Shown here in pieces: positions 28,401-37,940 of a stretch of 64,000 bases of DNA. The position numbers were made by a program, and so were the translations under genes. The stretch is from an uncultured Lachnospiraceae bacterium (GTDB lineage: Bacteria; Bacillota; Clostridia; Lachnospirales; Lachnospiraceae): the NCBI GenBank assembly GCA_902779355.1, contig CACZBF010000002.1, forward strand, positions 9,633-73,632, read 5' to 3'. The stretch's first letter is position 1, and each line of letters starts with the position of its first letter. The notes under the pieces are model-generated. The model searched no databases. It saw nothing but the letters and a program-made list of their open reading frames with translations, and had not been told where the DNA came from.

Positions 28401-30554
28401 TTATGTTGTCTGGAAGCTGATACTGCCATCTTCATTCACACTGAACTGTACTGCATCGGAGAGATAATAATCTCCGTAAATGTCGTCGATGGAGAACAGA
28501 TATCTGTAATCCGCCGGCTCCATCAGGTCATAGTAGATAGCGGTTTCAGAATCCACTGTGTACTCGCTTCCGTAGTAGGGTAATTCATCGTCCCCGTCCA
28601 TGCTGTAAGCCGTATAGGTCGGCACGATCACATCCCCTTCCTTCAGAGGGATGATGTTTCTGGCCGCCGAACCGTTTTCATCGATTCCGTCCCAGGTCCC
28701 CTCAATCTCGACCGATCCGTCTGCAAAATACTGCTTCATTCTGAGGTTCGTCTCCTCGCCGTTGAGGAGGATCGTTGCCGTGTAAAGGTTGTACTCATCC
28801 GTCACTTCGACCAGATAAATGGATAGGTTCTGGCCATCCGGGAGCGACAGCCAATAGCCGTCGAAATCATCATAGAAGACTCCCGTCTCCCAGTCTCCGT
28901 TCACATCCCGGCTCTCTCCGAGCACGATCAGATTTTCTCCGTCAGACGAAATTTCATAAACCAGCGCGCTCACGTCAGACGCATTTTCATTTCCGTTTTC
29001 GTCCAGTTGGAACCAGAAGGTTCCCTGCTCGTCCAACTGCGGTTCTTCCGCAAACGTGATATACGGGCTCTCTCCGGTCGGTTCATACTCATCCAGATAT
29101 GCCCAGTGGGAATCGTCCTCCTGCTCAGTAGAATGCCACTCACCTGCATCGTCGAACCATTGCGTGTCATCGTAGTCTTCAACCGGCGTGCCTGCGACAC
29201 CGCTCTGATTCTGCCGGTCTACAAACGAAAGGTAATAGGGGCTGATACAGACCTTACCAAAAATCGACAACTCCTCAGAACCCTGGATGCTCAGCGGATA
29301 ATACATGGAAAGGCCGGACGCCCCCTGATGCCCCGGTCCTTCCGCAGAATAGACGACGGCAAGATCCAGATCCTTCAGGACCGTTTTCGCGCAGTCGGCA
29401 TAGTCTTCTCCGGCGCCAATGATCCCGCCCAGATCCACCATGTTGGTATAGCCTTCGGTCGCATTGTTTCCGCCATAGTTATCCGAAGACTTGATCGCTC
29501 TTACGATCTGAGAAAGATCAGTGGCATCCTTTCCCGCTTCATACATCCCTCTTGCATATGCATTAAAGCTTTCCAGCAGTTCATCCACCTTCGAAAGATC
29601 GATCACCGACTGCGTCGCGACATCGTCCTCACCGCTTTCTACACAGGAAGCAAGAAAGCTGTCACAGATCACCTTCCCGACTGCAGCGCCATCCGCTCCC
29701 GGATTCTTTGCAATAAAGTCACTGATCGCCGTATAATCATAACCGCTGCCCGGCATGATCTCCTGCGAGGCCACCATGTAATCCGCGTAAGAAGCCACCA
29801 CGTTTGCTGTCTCTATGGTTGCCATCAGACAGGCATCGAACCCGATAAAATCAAATTTGCGCCCAAACGTCTCTGCACAGGCAAGTAACGCACTATCCAG
29901 CTGTTTGAGATCCATGGAATCGCCATAATTGATCTCGTCAAAGCAGACCCCTGTGATGCTGCCGCCGCCGTGATCCCATAAAATGAGCCCCATATGATCC
30001 GACGGATAATTGGTGACGCCCCATTGCAGGAAATTGGCAAGCGTCTGTGGATCCGCCATGTTTGACATCTCCACTTCATCCACCAGGTACATCTCTCCAT
30101 CCTGGATCAGATACCTCTGGTTGGTCTGGTTGTCTATCACTTCGTTGTTCCACGTCTCTGTACCGCCGGTCTCCACCACAAACCGGAGATGATCGCCCTT
30201 GGTCTGGATCATCTCCCCCAGATCGCCGGTTGCGGCTCCGTACTCACTTTCCAGATCCGTTCCGCAAAGATAGACAAAGATCGTCCACGCATCATCCCCG
30301 ATGTCAGCTGCCTGATCGCCGAATGTGATACGGTCGATATTCATCTCACCGCTTGCGCCGTCCACATTCAGGCTCACACCGGTGATCTTGTCAAGGAGGG
30401 AGGTACTCCCTTGCGCCCCTTCCGATTGTCCTGTTGTTTCCGCCCCGTCCATTGCGCCCGGGTCGTTCTCATTTCCTGCACTGTCCCCTGTACATGCGGT
30501 TGCCGACACGGCAAACACAAGTGCCAGGATAGCTGCCAATAGTTTTCGTTTCAC
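28401..30554 (-). CDS. clostripain-family (peptidase C11) cysteine protease lipoprotein with a ~300-aa C-terminal extension
   Basis: GTG start 30554 (the next in-frame Met lies beyond the signal peptide). Lipoprotein-like LALVFAVSATAC. Catalytic His/Cys contexts GLILWDHGGGS and FIGFDACLMAT. Confidence 0.85.
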   Translation of the reverse strand: MKRKLLAAILALVFAVSATACTGDSAGNENDPGAMDGAETTGQSEGAQGSTSLLDKITGVSLNVDGASGEMNIDRITFGDQAADIGDDAWTIFVYLCGTDLESEYGAATGDLGEMIQTKGDHLRFVVETGGTETWNNEVIDNQTNQRYLIQDGEMYLVDEVEMSNMADPQTLANFLQWGVTNYPSDHMGLILWDHGGGSITGVCFDEINYGDSMDLKQLDSALLACAETFGRKFDFIGFDACLMATIETANVVASYADYMVASQEIMPGSGYDYTAISDFIAKNPGADGAAVGKVICDSFLASCVESGEDDVATQSVIDLSKVDELLESFNAYARGMYEAGKDATDLSQIVRAIKSSDNYGGNNATEGYTNMVDLGGIIGAGEDYADCAKTVLKDLDLAVVYSAEGPGHQGASGLSMYYPLSIQGSEELSIFGKVCISPYYLSFVDRQNQSGVAGTPVEDYDDTQWFDDAGEWHSTEQEDDSHWAYLDEYEPTGESPYITFAEEPQLDEQGTFWFQLDENGNENASDVSALVYEISSDGENLIVLGESRDVNGDWETGVFYDDFDGYWLSLPDGQNLSIYLVEVTDEYNLYTATILLNGEETNLRMKQYFADGSVEIEGTWDGIDENGSAARNIIPLKEGDVIVPTYTAYSMDGDDELPYYGSEYTVDSETAIYYDLMEPADYRYLFSIDDIYGDYYLSDAVQFSVNEDGSISFQTT

Positions 30555-30558
30555 TTTC

Positions 30559-32430
30559 TTAATCCTCTGCTATGACAATAAAGCAATCTTCATCTCCCCA
30601 TTCCACCATCGTGTCTTTCGGAGGATTGGAGATGATCGTATAACTGTCTGTCTCCGGGTCATATTTCCGGTATCCGATCAGGACCTCTTGGCGAATTGCT
30701 GCCGCATAGCCAGCCGTATAAATGTTGACCGGCCGCTCGGTACGGATATAATGCTTCGCGGGACGTACATAGATCTCCGATCCCTCCTCCGTCAGCAATT
30801 CATGGAAGATCTCCTTCAACTCGCGGTACTGCGAGATCTGCGCCAGGAGCAGGCTCGAGATATTCCGGCCAATGACAAAATCGTTGACCTCCGTGATCTC
30901 GGCAAGTTCCTCGTTCTCAGAACGAAGCACCTCGCTCGTCACCTTCATACGGTGTCCCTTTCCGGCCAGATATTTCAGCTGCAACAGCACCATCAGGATC
31001 TTGGCGTCTTTCATTTCCGCATCCTCATCCGTCATCCCATCCTCGGCATCCGCCAGAACAAGCACGAGCGTGTTATCATTTCTCAAAAGTTTCTCCAGCT
31101 CGTCGCGGTCGTAGATATCCGTCACCAGCACCTGCAATTTGATGTTCTCGAAACTAAGGGCATTCAGTTCCTCATAATGCTCCGCCTGATCCTCCGGGAT
31201 CGCAATGGTGACAAGGGATCCGTTTGCCACGTAGTGATCCTCTTCCCCTAAGATCAGCGGGATATTACTGCTGTACCCAAGGATCAGAATGTCGTTTGTC
31301 AGCGGATCTTCCGGTACATGCTTCGTAAGGACCGCTGTCTGATCCACAGCGGCCGGTTCTGCAGCCGGCGTACTCACCCCGTCATCCTCCGCAAACAGGA
31401 TCAGTCTGTCCCCTGCTTCCAATACAGTCTGCGGATCCGGATTGATCAGGATCTGTCCGTCCGGCTTTCTCATGCCGGCCACAATGGAAACCGGGAAATA
31501 GCGGTTCAACTCAAACATCGGCTGGCCGACGACCTCCGGATGTTCCTCGATGTAAAACTCACTGCCGTCATAATCGAAGAGCTCGGTATAAACGGCCGAA
31601 AGACCGGCATGTCTGCTGGTGTGTGCAATGATGCGGCTCATAGCATCCCTGAAGCTCAGGATCTCCGCATAGCCTTCGCCCGCGATCTCCGCCGCCTGAA
31701 TGTTGTGTTCGTCACGAATCACGGCTGTGATGTAGCAGTTTTTGTTGCCGGACTCCTTGATGAGCTTCGTGACGGCAAGGATGCTTTTGATCGTCAGGAA
31801 ATCATCATCCACATTGATGATGACGCTGCGGCAGGTGTCGATGGAGCACACGGCCAGATCATTCAGGTCGCAGATACTGCCGGATCTACAGATGACACGT
31901 GTCGTCTTCGTATCCGGGAACCGCTGGCGGATATGTTCGTCCATCTCATCCTTCGGGATCTTGTCATCCATAATGACAAGCGCCTCTCTCTTTTGATTCA
32001 GGTTCGCTTCGATCAGTTCGGAAACGATCGTATAGATCCCGTTATCCGTCCCCAGGACCACAACGTGATTTTGTTCCACAACAATGGATTTTCCTCGCCT
32101 GAGCTCTTGTACCCTGTCATCGATCGCATTGCAGATAATACCGGTCAAAGTACTGGTCAGCAGGATTCCGATAAAGCAGACCACCAGCATGAAAACGATG
32201 TAAAAAACAGAGCCGTCTCCGTCTTCCGCCATGGTACCCGGGTCCATGATGTGAAGCAGGGCCGTGAACACACCGTTTGCATAACCCGCGTCCCGGTTGA
32301 AGATCGCATAAACCAGAAGTCCTACCCCAAACACCGCTATGGCGGTCACAATAAACAGAAGCCGGACCAATGCGCCGGTGCCGGACGCCATCTGGTTGTC
32401 AAACCAGTACTGAAACTTATTCTTTTTCAT
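30559..32430 (-). CDS. CASTOR/POLLUX-related putative cation channel with tandem RCK/TrkA-like domains
   Basis: ATG 32430 after GAGAGGAGA. N-terminal TM helices (LLFIVTAIAVFGVGLLVYAIF; FYIVFMLVVCFIGILLTSTL) flank a pore-loop-like HIMDPGTMAED. Two Rossmann-like starts follow: HVVVLGTDNGIYTIV and DILILGYSSNIPLIL. Confidence 0.75.
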   Translation of the reverse strand: MKKNKFQYWFDNQMASGTGALVRLLFIVTAIAVFGVGLLVYAIFNRDAGYANGVFTALLHIMDPGTMAEDGDGSVFYIVFMLVVCFIGILLTSTLTGIICNAIDDRVQELRRGKSIVVEQNHVVVLGTDNGIYTIVSELIEANLNQKREALVIMDDKIPKDEMDEHIRQRFPDTKTTRVICRSGSICDLNDLAVCSIDTCRSVIINVDDDFLTIKSILAVTKLIKESGNKNCYITAVIRDEHNIQAAEIAGEGYAEILSFRDAMSRIIAHTSRHAGLSAVYTELFDYDGSEFYIEEHPEVVGQPMFELNRYFPVSIVAGMRKPDGQILINPDPQTVLEAGDRLILFAEDDGVSTPAAEPAAVDQTAVLTKHVPEDPLTNDILILGYSSNIPLILGEEDHYVANGSLVTIAIPEDQAEHYEELNALSFENIKLQVLVTDIYDRDELEKLLRNDNTLVLVLADAEDGMTDEDAEMKDAKILMVLLQLKYLAGKGHRMKVTSEVLRSENEELAEITEVNDFVIGRNISSLLLAQISQYRELKEIFHELLTEEGSEIYVRPAKHYIRTERPVNIYTAGYAAAIRQEVLIGYRKYDPETDSYTIISNPPKDTMVEWGDEDCFIVIAED

Positions 32431-32483
32431 CACTTTCTCCTCTCAATTCTCTCCTTCTTTCTTTTCTGAAAGAAGGTAGTTCC

Positions 32484-32511
32484 ATCATAACTCTCAAATC
32501 GAAAAATGTCA
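32484..32511 (-). promoter_or_regulatory. candidate promoter of the channel-protease unit (TGACAT-16-TATGAT)
   Basis: Minus strand reads TGACAT (32511-06), a 16-nt spacer, then TATGAT (32489-84), about 55 nt upstream of the ATG. The -35 sits inside an 8-bp inverted repeat AAATGTCA-N10-TGACATTT. Confidence 0.4.
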
Positions 32512-32551
32512 GCCTAAATGGTGACATTTCTAAAAAATCCTGTAATTACGC

Positions 32552-32587
32552 AAAAAAATCTCCGCCCTCAAGGACGGAGACTTTTTT
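32552..32587 (-). terminator. rho-independent terminator of the monosaccharide ABC operon
   Basis: TCTCCGTCC-TTGA-GGGCGGAGA flanked by an A-run and a T-run (could act in both directions), 11 nt after the permease stop. Confidence 0.7.
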
Positions 32588-32597
32588 GTCTGAGTGA

Positions 32598-33773
32598 TTA
32601 TTTCGTTGTACTCTTCTTTGCTGCGAGGATGTCGAACACCACGGCGCCGAGGAGCACCAGACCTTTGACGATCTTCTGCCAGTCGGCATTGACACCCATC
32701 AGGGACATACCGAGGTTGATGACACCGATCAGCGTTGCACCGACAACCATACCGGTGATCTTACCGGATCCGCCGTATGCGGAAACGCCGCCGACCACGC
32801 AGGCTGCGATGGCATCCATTTCGAAATAGGTACCGGCTGTCGAGTTCGCTGCCTGAAACCGCGCGGATACGATGAACGTTGTCACTGCGGTCAATACTGC
32901 CATGTTCAGATAAGCCAGGAACATGATCTTTCTCGTATCAATACCGGAAAGCCTCGTTGCCTCCGCATTGTCACCGATCGTGTAGAAGTAACGTCCGGTC
33001 GTCGTCTTGGAAGTGATGAAACTGTAAAGCAGGACGATCGCCACCACCCATACCAGTACAGTCGGGATACCGCCGGATAATGCGAGCTTGTAAGCAAACA
33101 GCATGATCGCTGCGACACCCAGCACGCTCTTTAAGATCACGGCCATCAGAGAATCTGCTTCGTATCCTTTTTTCAGCTTTCTCGCTCTGGTTGAAAAAAC
33201 GAGCACCACCAACAGCACACTTGCGACGATACCTACGATGAGGCAGATCAGGTTCAGCTGCCCGACCGGAGTGGAAAACAGCTTCCCGGAGAACAGTGCC
33301 AGATAGGTCTCCTCATTGGAGAGGGAAATACTACCCGTCGTGCTGTTTGCACTCAGGATCGCCGTACCAAGACCGCGGAATGCCAGATAACCGGCCAGAG
33401 TCGCAATCCATGGCGGGATGTTGACATACGCGATCAGGAAACCGAGCACACATCCGTAAATCACGCCGATCAAAAGCATGATTCCGATAGATACACCCGC
33501 GCCAAACTGCTTGACCGTCATCAGCACACCACCGACCGCTCCGAGGAAACATACAAAGGATCCGCAGGAGAGATCGATATTACCACCGGTCAGCATACAC
33601 ATCAACATACCGGTAGCAAGGATAAATACATACGCGTTTTGCGTGATCAACGCATTGAAGTTCATTGCCTGGAACATCGAACCGCCTGTCATAATCGTGA
33701 AAAAGATGTAGACCAGGACAAGAACGATGAGCATTGCATTCTTTTTTAATACATTCACAGTTTTACTTGCCAT
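32598..33773 (-). CDS. monosaccharide ABC transporter permease (XylH/GguB-like), paralog 2
   Basis: 391 aa with about 10 TM helices. The motif TGGNIDLSCGS is typical of the CUT2 permease family. Confidence 0.9.
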   Translation of the reverse strand: MASKTVNVLKKNAMLIVLVLVYIFFTIMTGGSMFQAMNFNALITQNAYVFILATGMLMCMLTGGNIDLSCGSFVCFLGAVGGVLMTVKQFGAGVSIGIMLLIGVIYGCVLGFLIAYVNIPPWIATLAGYLAFRGLGTAILSANSTTGSISLSNEETYLALFSGKLFSTPVGQLNLICLIVGIVASVLLVVLVFSTRARKLKKGYEADSLMAVILKSVLGVAAIMLFAYKLALSGGIPTVLVWVVAIVLLYSFITSKTTTGRYFYTIGDNAEATRLSGIDTRKIMFLAYLNMAVLTAVTTFIVSARFQAANSTAGTYFEMDAIAACVVGGVSAYGGSGKITGMVVGATLIGVINLGMSLMGVNADWQKIVKGLVLLGAVVFDILAAKKSTTK

Positions 33774-33785
33774 GTCTCTTCCCCT

Positions 33786-34952
33786 TTACTTTTTCTTTTT
33801 ATTTGACAGCACGTCAAAGATGATAGCCAATAATACGACAATACCTTTTACTACCGTCTGGTAGTTGGCGTTGACACCCATGATACTCATACCCTGGTTG
33901 ATGACACCCATGATCAGAGCACCGATGACAATTCCGAATACGCTGCCCTCTCCACCGTATGCGGAAGCACCGCCGATGAAGCAGGCCGCGATGGCGTCCA
34001 TTTCGTAGCAGTTGCCGGCCGTCGGCTGTGCAAGCCCGGCTCTGGCTGCTACCAGGATACCTGCGAGTCCGGACATCAAACCCATATTGATATACGCATA
34101 AAAGTATACCTTTCTGGAATCAATACCGGAAAGATTGGTTGCCTTTTCATTGCCGCCGACCGCATAGAGGTAACGACCCATGCGGGTGTTCTTCGTGATG
34201 TAGGTGTAAACCAGGAGCACCAACGCAATCCAGATCAGCACCGTCGGCAGACCTTTGTAATTTGCAAGCTTATAGAAGATCCAGATCACAACCACACTGA
34301 TGATCGCAACCTTGATCAGCTCGGTGTAAAGCGGCTGTACTTCGTACTGCTTACGCTTTGCGGAAATACGGGAACGGAATACCATGATGATGTAGATCGT
34401 CACGGCAATGAGTCCGACCAGAAGACAGGTCAGGTTCATATCCTTCCCATGGAAAATATCCGGGATGTAGCAATCCGAACCACCACCGAATACATTCAGG
34501 AAGGTCGTATTGCTGATACCGATCGTATACCCCTGCATGATGACGTTGGACAGTCCGCGGAACGCGTACATACCGGCCAGCGTCGCGATAAAGGGCGGCA
34601 CCTTCACATAGGCGATCCAGAAACCCTGCCAGATACCTACCAGCAGGCCGCCGATCATCATGATCGCAACTGCAACCCAAACGTTGATGTTCTTCTGCAT
34701 GATCACGGCACCGATGCCGCCGACAAAGCAGACCACGGAACCGCAGGCCAGATCGATGTTACCACCGGTCAGGATACAGAGCAGCATACCTGCTGCAAGC
34801 ACGAACACGTATGCGTTCTGGGAGATCAGGTTGTTGATGTTCTGCGGAAGCAGGATACCCCCGCCCGTATTGATCTGGAAAAAGATGACGATAACGATCA
34901 GCGCGATCGCCATCGTGTATTTTCTGAGCACACTGGTGATCTTCAAACTCAT
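33786..34952 (-). CDS. monosaccharide ABC transporter permease (XylH/GguB-like), paralog 1
   Basis: 388 aa, [11 protein letters not shown] motif, ATGA overlap with the ATPase stop. Confidence 0.9.
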   Translation of the reverse strand: MSLKITSVLRKYTMAIALIVIVIFFQINTGGGILLPQNINNLISQNAYVFVLAAGMLLCILTGGNIDLACGSVVCFVGGIGAVIMQKNINVWVAVAIMMIGGLLVGIWQGFWIAYVKVPPFIATLAGMYAFRGLSNVIMQGYTIGISNTTFLNVFGGGSDCYIPDIFHGKDMNLTCLLVGLIAVTIYIIMVFRSRISAKRKQYEVQPLYTELIKVAIISVVVIWIFYKLANYKGLPTVLIWIALVLLVYTYITKNTRMGRYLYAVGGNEKATNLSGIDSRKVYFYAYINMGLMSGLAGILVAARAGLAQPTAGNCYEMDAIAACFIGGASAYGGEGSVFGIVIGALIMGVINQGMSIMGVNANYQTVVKGIVVLLAIIFDVLSNKKKK

Positions 34953-36496
34953 GCTGCGTCACCTCCTCCCGTCGACTGGATGATGCAGGCCATGATATTC
35001 TCCTGCGTCGCTTCGGATGCTTTCATCTCACCGACAAATTTCCCTTCATTCATAATATAGATCCGGTCACTCATGCCGATAACCTCCGGAAGCTCGGAAG
35101 AGATCATGACCACCGACTTTCCTTCCGCGACAAGATCGTTGATGATGCAATAGATCTCGTACTTCGCACCGACGTCGATACCTCTGGTCGGTTCGTCCAG
35201 GATCAGGATATCCGGATTCGTAAACATCCATTTTGCAAGAAGCACTTTCTGCTGGTTACCACCGGAAAGATTGCCGACGCTCTGTTCGACGGTCGGCGTC
35301 TTGGTCTTCAGCTTATTCTTGTACTCAACTGCAACATTGTACTCCTGGTCGGTATCGATCACGCCGCGCTGGCTGACGCCCTTCATATTGGCAAGGGACG
35401 TATTCACACGGATGGACTTGCCTAGCACAAGCCCGTTGCCCTTCCGGTCCTCCGTCACATAAGCAAGCTTTGCATCGATCGCTTCACGAGGCGACTTCAG
35501 ATTGACGGTCTGTCCGTTAAGCTGCATTGTCCCCGTGATCGTGGAACCGTAAGACTTTCCGAAAATACTCATTGCAAGCTCGGTACGTCCTGCGCCCATC
35601 AGACCGTAAATACCAACCACTTCGCCTTTGCGGACGTTGAAGTTGACATTGTCGACCACCTTACGCTCCGCATAGATCGGATGGAATACCGTCCAATCTT
35701 TGACTTCCATATTGACTTCGCCGATCTCGACACCACTCCGCTTCGGGAAACGATCCGTGATCTCGCGGCCAACCATGCCCTTGATGATCCGCTCTTCACT
35801 CACTTCATTTTCGTGGCAGTCAAGCGTCTCTACCGTGGAACCGTCACGGACGACAGTGATCTTATCCGCAACGTAAACCACCTCATTCAGTTTATGGGTG
35901 ATAATGATCATCGTCATACCCTGCTTCTTGAAAGAAAGCATCAAATCCAGAAGCGCTCTGGAATCCGTCTCATTCAATGACGATGTCGGCTCATCCAGGA
36001 TCAGCAGCTTTGCATTTTTGGCGAGTGCTTTTGCGATCTCGACCAACTGCTGTTTTCCTGTTCCTATATCTTTCACCAGCACACGAGACGATTCCGACAA
36101 GCCCACCATCTTCAGATACTTGTCCGCCTCGCCGTAGGTTTCATTCCAATTGATCGCGTTTTTGGTGCCCCGCTCATTTCCGAGGAACATGTTTTCCCCG
36201 ATCGTCATCTGCGGTACCAGGGCCAGCTCCTGATGAATGATCACGATTCCCTTTTTCTCGGAATCCTTGATCTTCTGGAACTGACAGACTTCCCCATTGT
36301 AAATGATATCTCCCTCATAAGTCCCATGCGGATAGATGCCGCTGAGGACGTTCATAAGGGTGGATTTACCCGCTCCGTTCTCTCCGACAAGTGCGTGGAT
36401 TTCTCCCTCTTCAACCTGGAAATTGACATTGTCAAGTGCCTTGACACCGGGGAAAGTTTTGGTAATATTTTTCATTTCAAGAATTACCTTGCCCAA
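34949..36496 (-). CDS. sugar ABC transporter ATP-binding protein (fused double ATPase, MglA/GguA-like)
   Basis: TTG start 5 nt after [28 protein letters not shown]. Walker A motifs GENGAGKST and GLMGAGRTE, signature LSGGNQQK. Confidence 0.9.
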   Translation of the reverse strand: MGKVILEMKNITKTFPGVKALDNVNFQVEEGEIHALVGENGAGKSTLMNVLSGIYPHGTYEGDIIYNGEVCQFQKIKDSEKKGIVIIHQELALVPQMTIGENMFLGNERGTKNAINWNETYGEADKYLKMVGLSESSRVLVKDIGTGKQQLVEIAKALAKNAKLLILDEPTSSLNETDSRALLDLMLSFKKQGMTMIIITHKLNEVVYVADKITVVRDGSTVETLDCHENEVSEERIIKGMVGREITDRFPKRSGVEIGEVNMEVKDWTVFHPIYAERKVVDNVNFNVRKGEVVGIYGLMGAGRTELAMSIFGKSYGSTITGTMQLNGQTVNLKSPREAIDAKLAYVTEDRKGNGLVLGKSIRVNTSLANMKGVSQRGVIDTDQEYNVAVEYKNKLKTKTPTVEQSVGNLSGGNQQKVLLAKWMFTNPDILILDEPTRGIDVGAKYEIYCIINDLVAEGKSVVMISSELPEVIGMSDRIYIMNEGKFVGEMKASEATQENIMACIIQSTGGGDAA

Positions 36497-36542
36497 AATA
36501 TCCCTCCTCTGTATACGTCAGTTAACATCTGCTTTACATTTT

Positions 36543-36572
36543 AACAGGCGGGCTAAAGAAAACCCGCCTGTT
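36543..36572 (-). terminator. intra-operon hairpin after the binding-protein gene
   Basis: AACAGGCGGG-N10-CCCGCCTGTT between the binding-protein stop (36600) and the ATPase start (36496). Confidence 0.45.
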
Positions 36573-36599
36573 TAAATGATGTGTTCGTTCGAACTGAGA

Positions 36600-37703
36600 T
36601 TACTTCAGCTGATCCTCGGTGTAGTAGCCGGAATCGATCAACAGCTCTTTGTAGTTGTTTGCATCCGCGAATACGGGCTCGCAAAGGTAAGACGGAACAG
36701 TGATCTTGTTGTTGTTGTAGGTCTCGGTGTCGTTGACATCAACCTCAGAACCACTTAGGATCTGGCCAACCATCTTAACAACCTGGCTTGCAAGTGTACG
36801 GGTATCTTTGAATACGGACATAGACTGCTTTCCAGCGATCATGTTCTTCGTGTTCTCGATATCGCAGTCCTGACCGGTGATGATCGGGTACTTGCCGGTG
36901 TAGTTTGCTGCAAGAGCGTTCTCTACGCCAAGAGCGGTAGAGTCGTTGGAGCAAAGCCATACATCAAGCTCGGTGCCGTCTGCATAGTAGGTGGACAGGA
37001 TGTTCTCTGCACGCTTCTGAGCTACATCAGTACCCCAGGTCGGAGTTGCAACATCTTCGAATGCGGTCTGGCCGGAAACGACGTTCAGCTTGCCCTCGTC
37101 GATGTACGGCTTCAGAAGATCCATAGCACCGTTGAAGAAGAAGCCTGCGTTGTTGTCGCCCGGGTCACCAGCGGTGAACTCGATGTTGAACGGGCCGGAA
37201 GCATTGTCAAGATCAAGCGTATCGATGACATACTGACCCTGAACCTGACCAACTTTGTAGTTGTCGAACGTTGCATAGTAGGAAACTGCATCGGAGTCCA
37301 TCAGAAGACGGTCATAAGCGATAACCGGGATTCCTGCATCCTTTGCCATGTCAAGAGCTTCACCAAGGGAAGAACCCTCGATTGCTGCGATAACGAGCAC
37401 GTTGCATCCGCCGGAGATCATGTTCTCAACCTGGGACAGCTGCTGCTGTACATCGTTTGCTGCGTACTGAAGGTCTACATCGTAACCTGCTGCCTTCAGA
37501 TCCTTCTCCATGTTCGCGCCGTCCTGGTTCCATCTCTGCAGATCCTTTGTCGGCATGGAAACACCAACCTTGCTGCCACCAGCTGCTCCACCAGCTGCTG
37601 CGCCGCCTGCTGCTGCACCGCCTGCTGCCGGGCCTGCACAGCCTGCGAAAAGGCTTGCTACCATTGCGACACTCAAGAAAGCGCCAAGTAGTTTTTTCTT
37701 CAT
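36600..37703 (-). CDS. ChvE/XylF-type monosaccharide-binding lipoprotein (CUT2)
   Basis: MKKKLLGAFLSVAMVASLFAGCAG lipobox, an (A/G)-rich linker, then a periplasmic-binding-protein type I fold (VGVSMPTKDLQRWNQDG...). Confidence 0.9.
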   Translation of the reverse strand: MKKKLLGAFLSVAMVASLFAGCAGPAAGGAAAGGAAAGGAAGGSKVGVSMPTKDLQRWNQDGANMEKDLKAAGYDVDLQYAANDVQQQLSQVENMISGGCNVLVIAAIEGSSLGEALDMAKDAGIPVIAYDRLLMDSDAVSYYATFDNYKVGQVQGQYVIDTLDLDNASGPFNIEFTAGDPGDNNAGFFFNGAMDLLKPYIDEGKLNVVSGQTAFEDVATPTWGTDVAQKRAENILSTYYADGTELDVWLCSNDSTALGVENALAANYTGKYPIITGQDCDIENTKNMIAGKQSMSVFKDTRTLASQVVKMVGQILSGSEVDVNDTETYNNNKITVPSYLCEPVFADANNYKELLIDSGYYTEDQLK

Positions 37704-37804
37704 TCTTTCTCTCCTCCTTAGTTTGTTAAAAATGAATGAAAACCGTTGTGCGTGTCTCCCACGCATCAACCCGCTTACAGGAACTAGGTTAACACAACGT
37801 CATT

Positions 37805-37819
37805 AGTAATCGTTTGCAT
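37805..37819 (-). promoter_or_regulatory. cre-like box, perfect match to WTGNAANCGNWNNCW
   Basis: Minus strand reads ATGCAAACGATTACT, about 100 nt upstream of ATG 37703. Confidence 0.45.
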
Positions 37820-37841
37820 CTTTCTGTCTTTTTTTATCATT

Positions 37842-37855
37842 TGAAAACGTTTTCG
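37842..37855. promoter_or_regulatory. cre-like palindromic box TGAAAACGTTTTCG (copy 1)
   Basis: Contains the perfect 12-bp palindrome GAAAACGTTTTC. One terminal mismatch to the cre consensus. Confidence 0.45.
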
Positions 37856-37879
37856 TGAAAAGAAAAAGGACATTCTTGC

Positions 37880-37893
37880 TGAAAACGTTTTCG
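37880..37893. promoter_or_regulatory. cre-like palindromic box TGAAAACGTTTTCG (copy 2)
   Basis: Identical 15-nt string TGAAAACGTTTTCGT to copy 1, 38 bp away. Confidence 0.45.
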
Positions 37894-37940
37894 TTCCGCA
37901 AAAATGTCCTGTTGACAGTTTCCTGTAAATTCTGCAACGC

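Noticed and set aside
23435-32433. The channel/protease/giant-ORF unit might be a horizontally acquired island
   Set aside because: Hand counts of GC on sample lines give about 40-55% inside and about 48-55% outside, with no clear shift. There are no flanking direct repeats, tRNA, integrase or transposase. I cannot support an island from this window.
37560-37650. GCN-rich DNA repeats (GCTGCTGC...) near the 5' ends of the three binding-protein genes (also ~12690-12800 and ~57000-57125)
   Set aside because: They encode Ala/Gly/Glu-rich flexible linkers after the lipobox, a common feature of Firmicute lipoprotein binding proteins. They are low-complexity coding sequence rather than a separate element.
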